Source: Planctomycetota bacterium
GTDB taxonomy: Bacteria; Planctomycetota; UBA1135; GCA-002686595
Direction: 5' to 3'
Length of the DNA: 64,000 nucleotides
NCBI GenBank assembly: GCA_047639675.1
Contig: JBLIOI010000007.1
Location: forward strand, 3,987-67,986
Part shown: in pieces, positions 1 through 9,362 of the stretch
Layout of the letters: each line of letters starts with the position of its first letter
Position numbering within the stretch: the stretch's first letter is position 1
Program-made: the position numbers and the translations under genes
The notes under the pieces: generated by a model
What the model was told of the DNA's origin: nothing
Seen by the model: the letters and a program-made list of their open reading frames with translations, nothing else
The model's database searches: none

Positions 1-25
1 CGGACGCTGGGAAGCTCCGTTGCCT

Positions 26-2260
26 TTACTGGGGGTCGTCTTCCTCGGACAATTCCGTAGTGGGGTCGGCGGGACGAGCCTCGAGCACAACAGAGACATG
101 TTCGCCGACGCGAACATCCACCTCCATGCTCGTTGCTACCGGCTTCTCCTCGCCACGGGCATCAAGGCTCACTTGATACCTACCCGGCCCCAAACTCGAA
201 CGTTCACAACGCCCCATAGAATCTGTCGTCATCCTTACGCCACTCCTCTGCCCGTCAGGCCGGAACAGGACGTGGCGATTTCCGACTTGCCCAATCGAGG
301 CGCCCAACTGAACGGCTATGCGCGCCTCCGGGCGAAGGAGAACTTCAATTTGGTTGAGATCCTCCCCGGGTGGCACCACGACCAACACTTCGGGGCTATG
401 GCCATAGCCACTGCTCCGGGCAACGAAGGTCCATTGCCCACCGGCGACATAGCGAAAAGTGAACCTCCCTCGCTCGTCAGTCTCGGCTCCCCGCCCCCAA
501 GAACTTCCCGTCTCCTCCACACCAGGGGTCTGATTGGCGGACGCCGGAACACTCATCCGAACTCTCGCGCCTTCCACGGGCTCGCCCATCGGATCCCTGA
601 CGATGCCCCTCAGTTTTGATACTAAGGGAACCACCAGCGTGATCTGCCTTGCAGCTGGCATTGCAATCCGAACTCCCTTAGACCCTCTGCCAAACTGCGC
701 CTCCGCTTCGATGATCCATTCGCCATCACCAAGCCCATCAATAGTGAACGAGCCATCTTCACTCTCAATCTTGCGTGTCAGGCGATGATCTCGGGGCTGT
801 TTTATTGCGTGCTTCTGATAAGGAAGAGCCCTAATCGTGAAGCCCGTCAAGGGCTGACCCAAGTCGTCGATGACTCGCCCGCTTAGCTTTCCGCCTTTGT
901 CAAGGACAACGACCAGCCCGGAAGTTGCTGGCTGCAATTCCGTCAGCTTGGCTTTGTAGTCCGGGCCGCGCGCTTTCAGTGGGTGCTTGCCGCCCTCCGC
1001 CTTCTCGAAGTCCTCTTTGAGAAAGGCCCGTGCTGACACATCAAGCACGCATGGAGTCGGTCTCAGGCCACTGATTCGGAAGGCGCCATCTTCCGCCGTC
1101 TTGATGTTGCTTCCGCTGTAGAGCGAAGACCCGGACTGAGTCACTCGAACTGTCGCGTCACGGACCGGCGAGCCGTCTGCCCAACGAACGAGACCTTCGA
1201 TGAATTCACCCTCTGTCATGGTCAGGGTGAGGTCTCTCAGATGGCTGCCATCAGCTAAGATACCGAGATCTCGCCCCATTGGCAGTTTGCCATCCAATTG
1301 TGCTCTCACATTTATCACTCCCGGGGAAACCCCCTTAATGTGAAAGCTACCGTCATCCGCCGTCTTCACGTTTCTCGACCACATCCTGCCAATGCTGACA
1401 TCAACCGCGGCAATCCCAGCGCCGTTCACATTCACAACCCGCCCAGAGAGCGAAGCTCCGACTGACATATTAGAGACGAGCTTAGTCAGTTCGCCATCCT
1501 GGACCTTGATCTCGTCTTGCGTGAAGTGGCACCAATCCTCCGACTGAACATCGAGCGCGTAATCGCTGCTCTTGGGTACGCCGGTAAACTCAAAGCGCCC
1601 CTCGGAGTCCAGGTTCATTGAGACCGAATATCCACGCCCGTCGAGCGTGACCCTTGTTTTCTCGGGCACACCGTCACCCCAGGTGAATCCTTTCGGCGCG
1701 AGGACCACGCCCGAAAGCACGCCAGCCAGTGCCGGTTCAAGCACGATCTCAGCAGGCAAGTCGCGCAGGTCGAGCCTCAGCTTCTTCACCTTGCGCAAGA
1801 AGCGACCGCTGGCTTCCAGTGTCCCAAGCTTGCACAGCTTTGAGATTACCACTCGAAACTTTCCGTCATGTCCGACAGAAACGCGAAACTCACTCTTCCC
1901 GCGAGAGCTCTGGCCCTTGGCGATTACGATGACATCGCTCAAGGCGTATGGCATCCCTTCGGGGAAGACAACTCGGCCCTCGATCCAGTAGTCGTCGGAA
2001 GTGAAGTGCTCGCGAGTGGAGGTGGAGGCTTCATCACCAAGAGGAGTCGTCGCCGCAATTTCGCGCACCTGGGCTTCGTCTGTGTTCTCCGTCAACTCCG
2101 GCAACTTCGAGAGTGAGTCCTCATTACCAAGCAACTTTGGTACGAGCGCCGTGTCCTTATCTACGCCCCGCAGCACTTCCGAGCTCTGCGCGTGCCACAG
2201 ACAAAACAGTGCGACTCCAACGATGCCGAGGATCCAAAGAATGCGTTGGTTCTTCATCAT
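26..2260 (-). CDS. Membrane-anchored protein with repeated carboxypeptidase-regulatory-like (CarboxypepD_reg, Ig-like beta-sandwich) modules
   Basis: 744-aa ORF. N-terminal signal anchor MMKNQRILWILGIVGVALFCLW. Recurring GRVV/GIVR-x-x-x-G-x-P-x-x-GA-x-V modules (SGRVVNVNGAGIAAVDV, LRGIVRDPMGEPVEGARV). Clear paralog of the next ORF. Confidence 0.6.
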   Translation of the reverse strand: MMKNQRILWILGIVGVALFCLWHAQSSEVLRGVDKDTALVPKLLGNEDSLSKLPELTENTDEAQVREIAATTPLGDEASTSTREHFTSDDYWIEGRVVFPEGMPYALSDVIVIAKGQSSRGKSEFRVSVGHDGKFRVVISKLCKLGTLEASGRFLRKVKKLRLDLRDLPAEIVLEPALAGVLSGVVLAPKGFTWGDGVPEKTRVTLDGRGYSVSMNLDSEGRFEFTGVPKSSDYALDVQSEDWCHFTQDEIKVQDGELTKLVSNMSVGASLSGRVVNVNGAGIAAVDVSIGRMWSRNVKTADDGSFHIKGVSPGVINVRAQLDGKLPMGRDLGILADGSHLRDLTLTMTEGEFIEGLVRWADGSPVRDATVRVTQSGSSLYSGSNIKTAEDGAFRISGLRPTPCVLDVSARAFLKEDFEKAEGGKHPLKARGPDYKAKLTELQPATSGLVVVLDKGGKLSGRVIDDLGQPLTGFTIRALPYQKHAIKQPRDHRLTRKIESEDGSFTIDGLGDGEWIIEAEAQFGRGSKGVRIAMPAARQITLVVPLVSKLRGIVRDPMGEPVEGARVRMSVPASANQTPGVEETGSSWGRGAETDERGRFTFRYVAGGQWTFVARSSGYGHSPEVLVVVPPGEDLNQIEVLLRPEARIAVQLGASIGQVGNRHVLFRPDGQRSGVRMTTDSMGRCERSSLGPGRYQVSLDARGEEKPVATSMEVDVRVGEHVSVVLEARPADPTTELSEEDDPQ

Positions 2261-2456
2261 GAGTCAGCGACCTTCAATCCTCACCCAGAATGTCCGCATG
2301 TTCGATTTCCAATGTAGAAGAGAATAGGAAAGGCCCGGCCCAGCCATCTTGATCAAGACTTGCGGTAAGGCCGCACATGGAACACGTCGCTGCTCTTATT
2401 GGCAGTCACGACAGCTATGAATAGGCGCTTCGAGGGCAAACTGACCACGTCACGGC

Positions 2457-5400
2457 CTAGTGGCTATCTACTTGAAAGTCCCGGTCCGAGATCCCACCCG
2501 ATTGCAAGCGGACCTCAACCGACTTGGTCTCACTTCCTTCGTAGATAGCACGGACGAGCACACGCCCATCAGCGAGCCCGGTGAATTCGTACTTGCCGCC
2601 AGCGTCCGTAGTGAAAGCACGATTTCGATAAATCCGGTGGCCCGAAAGTGTGGTGACTTCGACATGTGCCCTCTGTAGGGGCATACCATCCGAACCTGTC
2701 ACTTGGCCTTTGAGGACAGCCTCTTCTTCGAGAGTGAAATCCATTCCATCCAGTTGGGACCCTTTATCAATCTTGATTCCGTCACGAATGATCACCGCAT
2801 CCGAATTCTTTGAGCGTCGCCCCCATGAGCGGCCATGATCATTGACGCGGATGAAAAAGGTCCCAGCCGGAACGTGGGTGAATTCGTAACGACCTTCACC
2901 ATTTGTGGAGATCGTCATTGTCCCAAAGTCTGAAGTGTCGCCCTGCGCGGCTTCCAACCGTTCCAGGTGCATCGAACAACTAGCCTTGGGTTCGCCATCG
3001 CTCCCCATCACACGGCCAGCAATCCGCCCCACGGGAAGCTCAAAGTCAACGCCCGGGTTGTCACCACTAGTCAATTCTCGGGTTGTCTGCGTCACGCCTG
3101 TTTGACGGTTGCCGACATGGAACCAGAAGAGTCCCGAGCCACTCACGTTCATCGCGTAGACGCCGTCGCCGTCCGTTTGTGTCGCATCATTATTGAACTG
3201 CTCTCCCTCAGCCTTTCCGCAACTGATGCGCACGTTAGCTAGTGGCACGCCTCCAGCGAGCACACGTCCCGTCACTCGGGTTGGATTGGCCGGCGGCGCC
3301 CCCAGAACTACAGACTCCTTCTGGCCGGCTTTCACGTCCACGTCAAGCCCTATGGATCGCCCTGGGCTTGCAATCGAGAGTGCACCGTTACCCGAAGAGG
3401 AACTCACGTTCTGGAGAGTGAGCCGATAGCTTCCTGGATCGAGCCCGTCCAATTCCGCTTCACCTCGGCTGTCCGTCTCAATTCTGTTCCAGTAGTTACC
3501 AGAGCTCGTACCCTGGATGTTGATCTGACGGCCTTCGACCTCTCCAACCGAAGCGTGCAGTTGAACATTCAAGCTTCCACCTGGGCGCAACTGGAGGCTA
3601 ATCCCTTTTACGGTCTCCCCTGCGAGAGCCTCGATCAGCTCGTTGTTACTGGTTCCAAAACCGTCTGCCCGGGCGCGCACCACGGATCGACCGCTGCGCG
3701 CATCCTTGACGGTGAACTCACCATCCTCATTTGTAGTAGCGTCCTCTCCCCAGCGGGATGCCAGCGCATTGGGGTCGAACTTCTCGCCCTCTTCGAGGCG
3801 CTCCACCCAGACATCGGCGCCGGAAATAGGATCACCGCCAGGCCCGCGTACCACACCTTTGACCTCTGCCCAACGCGAGACGGTCAAATCGACCTTGCCA
3901 GCACCGGGCAGATTGACCGTCATCTCCTGTGAAGTGCTGTGTTTGGAAGCACTGGCTTCGATTTGCCATGTGCCTTCACTCAGCCCGTCGATGGTAAAGG
4001 CTCCATCCATACTGACGACCAAGCGTTCGACGCTATCCGAGCGTCCAAAATCATCTCCGGATCCTTCTACGGGTTCTGCACTGATCTTGAAGCGTTTGAC
4101 CCCTTCGCCGAGGTCATCGAGCACGCGACCGCTCAAGCTGTCTCCTTGTTCAAGTACGAGCACCAAACCGCGAGTTCCCGGTGAAACGTCATCCTCACGA
4201 GTTTTATAAATCGGTCCTCGCGCCCTTAGCTTGTAGCTGCGGCCTTCCTTTTCGCGCTCCTTAGCTTTATCGAGTTCTTGCTTTCGGAAGGACTTGGCAG
4301 AAGCACGCACGACACACTTAGAGCTTTCAAGTCCCGTAATTCTAAAGGTGCCGTCTGCGCCGGACTTATCGCTAACCCCGTCCCGAAAATCAAACATGGG
4401 ACTATCCTTCTCGCGCTCTTGCATCGCACTGACCACAGCCCCAGCAGCTGCGGAACCATCCGGCCATTGCACGATTCCTTCGATGAAGTTGCCTTCGCCA
4501 ATGGTCAACAGCACGCCTCGACGCTCGCTGCCATCTGCGAGCCTTCCCAGTTCCTCTTCTGTGGACAAGTGATCGGCGAGCCCAGCCTTCAATACGACAT
4601 CTTCTTCACCGACCCCCTTGAACTCGAAACTACCGTCGTCCTTTGTTTGAGTCGATTCCTGAGACCAGGACCCCATGCCACTCACTCTGACTTCGACAAT
4701 CACTCCCGCTCGCCCGACGTTGTCAGAGTTCACGACGCGTCCGGATACGATCGCTCCAAGCTTAAGCTGCAAGTCGAGTCGCTCGGCCTCACCGGAACGA
4801 ACCTTGATGTCACCCCTTCGTTGATCGCACCACTCCGGCATTGCCGCATGGAAATTGAAGTTGCTCCCGGGGGGAATCGCCGTGAGCACATAGTGACCCT
4901 TGGAATCCACATCGGCCCCACGCTGAATCATGCCGGAGCCGTCCCAACGAGAGAGTGAAACGCGAGCGTCATCGGCCAGCGCTGCGGTCCAACTTCTGCC
5001 GACAGGAGCCAAGAGATGCCCCTCAAGAACTCCACCCATTTCGGGCTCGACCAAAACCTCGCCCTCAACGTCATCCAGCTCAAGACTTAGCTTCTCAGGC
5101 ATATAGAGGTAACGCCCTCGCACATCAAGCCAACCCCTCTCCGTTGACTCGGAGAAGGCCACTCTAAATTTTCCGTCCCGATCAATGGAGACCGTGTGCT
5201 CCCGGCGACCGTCAGTCTTGTCACCGAATCGCCGACCACGTGCCGTGACTTTGATCTCGCCCATATCGGTCGGCATGCGCTCTGGAAACACTACGCGACC
5301 GTTGATCCAGCGAGCATTCGACGCAGGTGCGGCACTCGATGAAGTGACTACGCGGCTGGGCTCCTTTACGGGCGCAACTTCCGCCCTCTCGGTTTGGGTC

Positions 5401-5579
5401 TCAATCTTCTGCGCGAGTTCTGGAAGGATCGTTCCGGTCGCGGCCTCGATTGAGGATTGCCGAACGAGCTCAACGCCATCTTCCTCAGTAGGAAGTTCAT
5501 CCACCATGGCGAACTGCCAAAGCACGAACAAACCAATCCCTACGAGAGCTAGAATTGGCAAGAGCAGTTGGTTCTTCAT
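2457..5579 (-). CDS. Membrane-anchored CarboxypepD_reg-repeat protein (larger tandem paralog)
   Basis: ORF 2457..5594; likely start is the ATG at 5579 (MKNQLLLPILALVGIGLFVLW). Same N-terminal architecture as 26..2260 (WINGRVVFPERMP vs WIEGRVVFPEGMP). Many GRV(L/V/M)-x-x-x-G-x-P modules (TGRVLAGGVPLANVRI, AGRVMGSDGEPKASC, KGQVTGSDGMPLQRAHV). Confidence 0.6.
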   Translation of the reverse strand: MKNQLLLPILALVGIGLFVLWQFAMVDELPTEEDGVELVRQSSIEAATGTILPELAQKIETQTERAEVAPVKEPSRVVTSSSAAPASNARWINGRVVFPERMPTDMGEIKVTARGRRFGDKTDGRREHTVSIDRDGKFRVAFSESTERGWLDVRGRYLYMPEKLSLELDDVEGEVLVEPEMGGVLEGHLLAPVGRSWTAALADDARVSLSRWDGSGMIQRGADVDSKGHYVLTAIPPGSNFNFHAAMPEWCDQRRGDIKVRSGEAERLDLQLKLGAIVSGRVVNSDNVGRAGVIVEVRVSGMGSWSQESTQTKDDGSFEFKGVGEEDVVLKAGLADHLSTEEELGRLADGSERRGVLLTIGEGNFIEGIVQWPDGSAAAGAVVSAMQEREKDSPMFDFRDGVSDKSGADGTFRITGLESSKCVVRASAKSFRKQELDKAKEREKEGRSYKLRARGPIYKTREDDVSPGTRGLVLVLEQGDSLSGRVLDDLGEGVKRFKISAEPVEGSGDDFGRSDSVERLVVSMDGAFTIDGLSEGTWQIEASASKHSTSQEMTVNLPGAGKVDLTVSRWAEVKGVVRGPGGDPISGADVWVERLEEGEKFDPNALASRWGEDATTNEDGEFTVKDARSGRSVVRARADGFGTSNNELIEALAGETVKGISLQLRPGGSLNVQLHASVGEVEGRQINIQGTSSGNYWNRIETDSRGEAELDGLDPGSYRLTLQNVSSSSGNGALSIASPGRSIGLDVDVKAGQKESVVLGAPPANPTRVTGRVLAGGVPLANVRISCGKAEGEQFNNDATQTDGDGVYAMNVSGSGLFWFHVGNRQTGVTQTTRELTSGDNPGVDFELPVGRIAGRVMGSDGEPKASCSMHLERLEAAQGDTSDFGTMTISTNGEGRYEFTHVPAGTFFIRVNDHGRSWGRRSKNSDAVIIRDGIKIDKGSQLDGMDFTLEEEAVLKGQVTGSDGMPLQRAHVEVTTLSGHRIYRNRAFTTDAGGKYEFTGLADGRVLVRAIYEGSETKSVEVRLQSGGISDRDFQVDSH

Positions 5580-5747
5580 GTCACCGATTGTCACCCTGGA
5601 GTCCCTATTGGGGAAGGCTCCTGCAGGAGGAATGATCGCTTTGGTACCTCAGCCCAGTTGATGTGCGTAAGATGCGTGTTGCCTGGGCCCTCCAGTACAA
5701 GTCTCCCCGGCTAACCCATCCCAGCACAACCCAGCGCGAATTCGATC

Positions 5748-6008
5748 ATGGATATGGAACCCGAACAACTTGCCGCTTTTCTCACCATCGGTGCCGTCGC
5801 CGGTTGGCTCGCCGGACAGCTTTCAAAAGGTGGAGGTTTTGGACTCGTCCGGAACATCATCCTCGGCGTCCTCGGTGCGGTCGTGGGCGGCTGGCTATTC
5901 GGCGTCCTTGAAATCGAAGTTGGCGGCAAATGGCTCGGCCCAATCGTGACTGCTACGGCAGGAGCGTTGGTGCTTGTGTTCGGTCTCGGACTGTTGAAGA
6001 AGAAGTAA
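5748..6008 (+). CDS. GlsB/YeaQ/YmgE-family (transglycosylase-associated) small membrane protein
   Basis: 86 aa, three hydrophobic Gly-rich segments with a family-typical pattern: IGAVAGWLAGQL...GLVRNIILGVLGAVVGGWLFG...IVTATAGALVLVFG. Confidence 0.8.
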   Translation: MDMEPEQLAAFLTIGAVAGWLAGQLSKGGGFGLVRNIILGVLGAVVGGWLFGVLEIEVGGKWLGPIVTATAGALVLVFGLGLLKKK

Positions 6009-6030
6009 TACGCCGCCTTCCGGCGCATTA
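6006..6030. terminator. Candidate bidirectional hairpin between convergent genes
   Basis: TAATACGCCG-CCTTC-CGGCGCATTA: 10-nt arms with one mismatch and a GC core CGCCG/CGGCG. It lies exactly between the stop at 6008 (+) and the stop at 6032 (-). There is no clean U tract. Confidence 0.4.
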
Positions 6031-6031
6031 C

Positions 6032-7303
6032 TTACGGGCACTCGTCAGGCACCAGGTTCTCATCGATGTCGGCCCTCGTCCCGGCAATGATCTCGAGGTA
6101 GTCATTGATTCCGTTGTTGTTGCAGTCTGGTCCCGTCACGGGGTCCAGGGGCAACAGGTGACGAACTCCGGACAACCAGCGTGAACCTTGTCCAACTGCC
6201 AAGCCTTGAATAGCTACGGGAGCCGGTGAGAGCGGCGCGGCGATGGCCGAGAAATCGAGGGGAACCATCAAGTTGCCGGATGCCGGGAGCACTCCGCTTT
6301 GGGTTGGTAACGGAAAAGCCACATCCAGCAACTGGACTCCTATCGGGAGCAACCAACGGAACTTGGGCGCCAAAGATGTCAATGCCCACAGCCCGTCACC
6401 AGTGCTGCCTGCGAAGACCAGATCGCCGGGACTCGCCCATGAGGCAACTGTATCTGTCAAAGCGCTGCGCGCGGCGCCGGAGAGCTGATTGATCGTTCCC
6501 GCGCCGCTTACGCCGGCCGGCCCCGAGAAGAGGCAGTCTCTGTAGTCGAAGCCGCTCGGGGATTCCACGAAGATCCCGGAGTGCGGATATCCAGGCTCGC
6601 TAGCGATGTCGGAACCCGACGCGTAGGCCGTGGACCCACGCAAATAGATACCGTATCTCCAATCCTGTTGGTCGTTGTCTTCTTGACCGCCACGAACCAA
6701 ACACTTATTCAGAGTGATCGTGGAGTTCACAGAATAGATCCCGTGGCCGCCCTGCCCGAGACCCCATCCACAGCATTCATCTGTGTAGAGACCCGCCCCT
6801 CCAAAGAGGCTGCAGTTCGAAAACGCAACCTGATCGGAATCGTGAATCCGAGCGCCATCTTCGCCGCTGTAGTAGTAACAATTGAGAGTCAATACACTCT
6901 CCTGAGCAGCCTTAAATTCGCAGTCCTGGAAGTAGACGTAGCCGCGATTTGTATAGAGATACAGAGCCCTCTTGGGATTGAAGCTCGTTGCGATTTCTAC
7001 ATCGATTCCGCTGACGATGACGCGTTCCCCGAGGTCAATACCAACCACGCTGAGAGTGCCGTGCACAATGACGGAAGCTGATGGCATGGCAAAAACCGAG
7101 AGGGGCTTGTCGATCACGAATCCAGCGTAGGATCCATTGCCCACCAGTAGCACATCTCCTGGCGCCGCGGCGTCAACGGCAGCTTAGAGATCTCCATGAA
7201 CGGTCGGGTTAGCACCCGAGATGTTGTGAATGGTTTGACCTGATACTGCGCTTGCGAAAATAGGAAGGGCGAGCAAGGTCATGGCCATCTTGAGATTCAG
7301 CAT
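6032..7303 (-). pseudogene. Secreted right-handed beta-helix-like protein interrupted by an in-frame TAA just after the signal peptide
   Basis: ATG at 7303 encodes MLNLKMAMTLLALPIFASAVSGQTIHNISGANPTVHGDL. A TAA follows at 7184..7186. The same frame then continues AAVDAAAPGDVLLVGNGSYAGF... for 373 further codons (ORF 6032..7153). The body has a Gly/Asn/Ser-rich repetitive pattern and a C-terminal DCNNNGINDYLEI...PDECP motif. Confidence 0.6.
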
Positions 7304-7416
7304 GTGATCCTTCTTGAGGGCGGGCGAACGAGGTCGTGACCTGCGACTCGCACATTCAACGCCCGATTCACACGTTGCGATACCAACGTGGGGTCACATC
7401 TACAGGACGAAGGCTC

Positions 7417-8163
7417 CTAGCCCCTCGCCCTAGCGACCATGAGCACCCCAACTCGTTGCACCCCTGCGCGGCGCAAGGTACGCGCGCACTCGGAAGCTGT
7501 AGCACCTGACGTCAACACATCATCAACAAGCCAGATCTGCGCACCTTCCAGTTTTTGGCGATGGCGCTTGCGGGTTTCAAAGACTCCCGCAACATTCGCC
7601 CGGCGGGAAACGCTTCCGGCGGTGCCTTGGGGAGCACTCCATCGCTTGCGCTTCAGTGCGCGCACGAGCGGAAGGTCTAATTCTTGGGCTACCGAACGTG
7701 CCAAGAGTAGGGCTTGATCATAGCCGCGCTCGAAATGGCGCAAGGGGTGCAAGGGGACTGGCACGATCAACACTCGCTCGGCCTTGGCCGGATGCTCGGC
7801 TCTCCAGACCTGCGCCATGGCACGTCCCAATAGAGCCGCCAGCTCGCTACGTCCGCCGTGCTTGAGCGCCAAGACCCAATCGCGCAGTGGACTCGACCCG
7901 TGGTAGTCGCCCACAGCAAGCGACATTTGAAAGCCCGGCGGTTTGCAAGCGCACTTATCACAACGAAAGCCTGCGGGCAGGCTTGGCGCGAGTCGGCACG
8001 CGCAGCGACCACAACGCGGTACGTTCACCTCAATCTCTAATCGATGGCTCGCGCAAGGGCCGAGTGCGTGTACACCAATCCCACAAACCAGGCAACGGCG
8101 TGGAAAGATCGCGTCGAGAAAACAACAGAGTGGTGTAGGGCTCCCCATGAATACAGGGCCCAA
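7417..8163 (-). CDS. comF: ComF-family protein (amidophosphoribosyltransferase-like)
   Basis: N-terminal Cys clusters (CLVCG...C..H; CGRCACR...CDKC) and a C-terminal PRTase motif IWLVDDVLTSGATASECARTLRRAG. Confidence 0.75.
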   Translation of the reverse strand: MGPVFMGSPTPLCCFLDAIFPRRCLVCGIGVHALGPCASHRLEIEVNVPRCGRCACRLAPSLPAGFRCDKCACKPPGFQMSLAVGDYHGSSPLRDWVLALKHGGRSELAALLGRAMAQVWRAEHPAKAERVLIVPVPLHPLRHFERGYDQALLLARSVAQELDLPLVRALKRKRWSAPQGTAGSVSRRANVAGVFETRKRHRQKLEGAQIWLVDDVLTSGATASECARTLRRAGVQRVGVLMVARARG

Positions 8164-8221
8164 GAACTCTATTCGCGCGCCCTATCTACCAGGACGATCG
8201 GCGCGCGCGTTGGTCACCGCT

Positions 8222-8839
8222 CTAGGCGATGCCTTCTTCTAACTCTGCTTCCTCTTCCGCAGTCGTGCCACGTGCAGCACGCGGGAGCTCGGGTCCGCAG
8301 GCAACCAAGCGCAGGCGCGCCACGTACGACTCAACGGTGTCGTCTTCGTGTGCGGTCAAGCCAAACAGCTCACCAACTTCGCGGGCCAAGGAGAGGTCCG
8401 CCTCGAAGTCCGGCGGACTCGTGCGGAAGTACTCGCGCACATAGGTACGGAATGCGCGCAGTGACCACCACCAGCTGGCAAGCAAGAGGAGCACTGCGAG
8501 TACCACGACAATCCCAATCCACATGGCGGGGAATTCTTTCTCAACACCAATCGGCAGGGGCTTGTAGTGCCCGAGCAATTGCATGCCGAAGCCGCCCAAC
8601 AAGAATCCAAATCCAACGTTCACCTGTACGCGGTGAAATATGTACTCGCGAATGTTGCGCAGTTGCTGAACTTCACTTCCAAAGCGCTCGATCACAAGTT
8701 GCCGCGGGTGGCGGAACAAGATCGAGTTGGCCAGCAGGAAGGAGCCAACAATTGCCAATACCAAGCCTATGCCCATCCAGTCCGGGTGAGCGAGGGCGCT
8801 CTCGTCCATGAGGAGAGCTGTTCTTGCGAGGAGGATCAT
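8222..8839 (-). CDS. Hypothetical integral membrane protein
   Basis: 205-aa ORF with about 4 hydrophobic segments (GIGLVLAIVGSFLLA, VGFGFLLGGFGMQLL, WIGIVVVLAVLLLLASWWW) and an acidic C-terminus. No recognisable family. Confidence 0.5.
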   Translation of the reverse strand: MILLARTALLMDESALAHPDWMGIGLVLAIVGSFLLANSILFRHPRQLVIERFGSEVQQLRNIREYIFHRVQVNVGFGFLLGGFGMQLLGHYKPLPIGVEKEFPAMWIGIVVVLAVLLLLASWWWSLRAFRTYVREYFRTSPPDFEADLSLAREVGELFGLTAHEDDTVESYVARLRLVACGPELPRAARGTTAEEEAELEEGIA

Positions 8840-9062
8840 CGTGCCGGGAAAGTAGATTGGAGAGGGCTCTGACGCAAGGGCCAGTCTTGCGAGGTTTGCA
8901 CGTAATCCTCACAAAACGATAATATCTGACCCCGACCCCGCCCTGTAGCGCCTTCCAGGGAGTTCTAGCTCTGGTTCGCAGCCGGGAGTTGCGTAGAATC
9001 CTCGACTCAAAGGGGGCAATCGTTCCCCTAACTGCCTCACCGCCCTGGCCCTCCGCCGCCCC

Positions 9063-9362
9063 ATGTCCGACCCCAAATTGGAGCTTTTGAAGAAAACCGC
9101 CGAACTGGCGCGCCTTCAGCTCTCCGACGCCGAAGCCCAGTCCCTCGCGCCGCAATTCGATGCGATCCTGGAACACTTTGAGGTCCTGTCACAAGTCGAT
9201 GTGGAAGGTGTCGAACCCACCTTTGGCGCCTTCGGGTTACTCGATGTGAAGCGTCCCGACGTTCCCCATGAATCGGGGCCCTTCGATGCTCTGCTCGATA
9301 ACTCACCGGACAGGCACGACGAACACTTCGGTGTACCGAAAGTCATTGGAGGTGCAGAATGA
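9063..9362 (+). CDS. gatC: Asp/Glu-tRNA(Asn/Gln) amidotransferase subunit C
   Basis: 99 aa with a typical GatC pattern (LARLQLSDAEAQSLAPQFDAILEHFEVLSQVDVEGVEP). ATGA overlap with gatA. Confidence 0.85.
   Translation: MSDPKLELLKKTAELARLQLSDAEAQSLAPQFDAILEHFEVLSQVDVEGVEPTFGAFGLLDVKRPDVPHESGPFDALLDNSPDRHDEHFGVPKVIGGAE

Noticed and set aside
20-619. Long antisense or alternative-frame ORFs throughout the track, such as 20..619, 8044..8811, 10816..11316, 28036..28608, 45007..45621, 49754..50407, 51112..51756 and 62208..63230.
   Set aside because: All overlap genes with strong motif support on the other strand or frame. Their products are Arg/Ser/Pro/Ala-rich with no motifs, which is typical of stop-poor shadow frames in GC-rich DNA.
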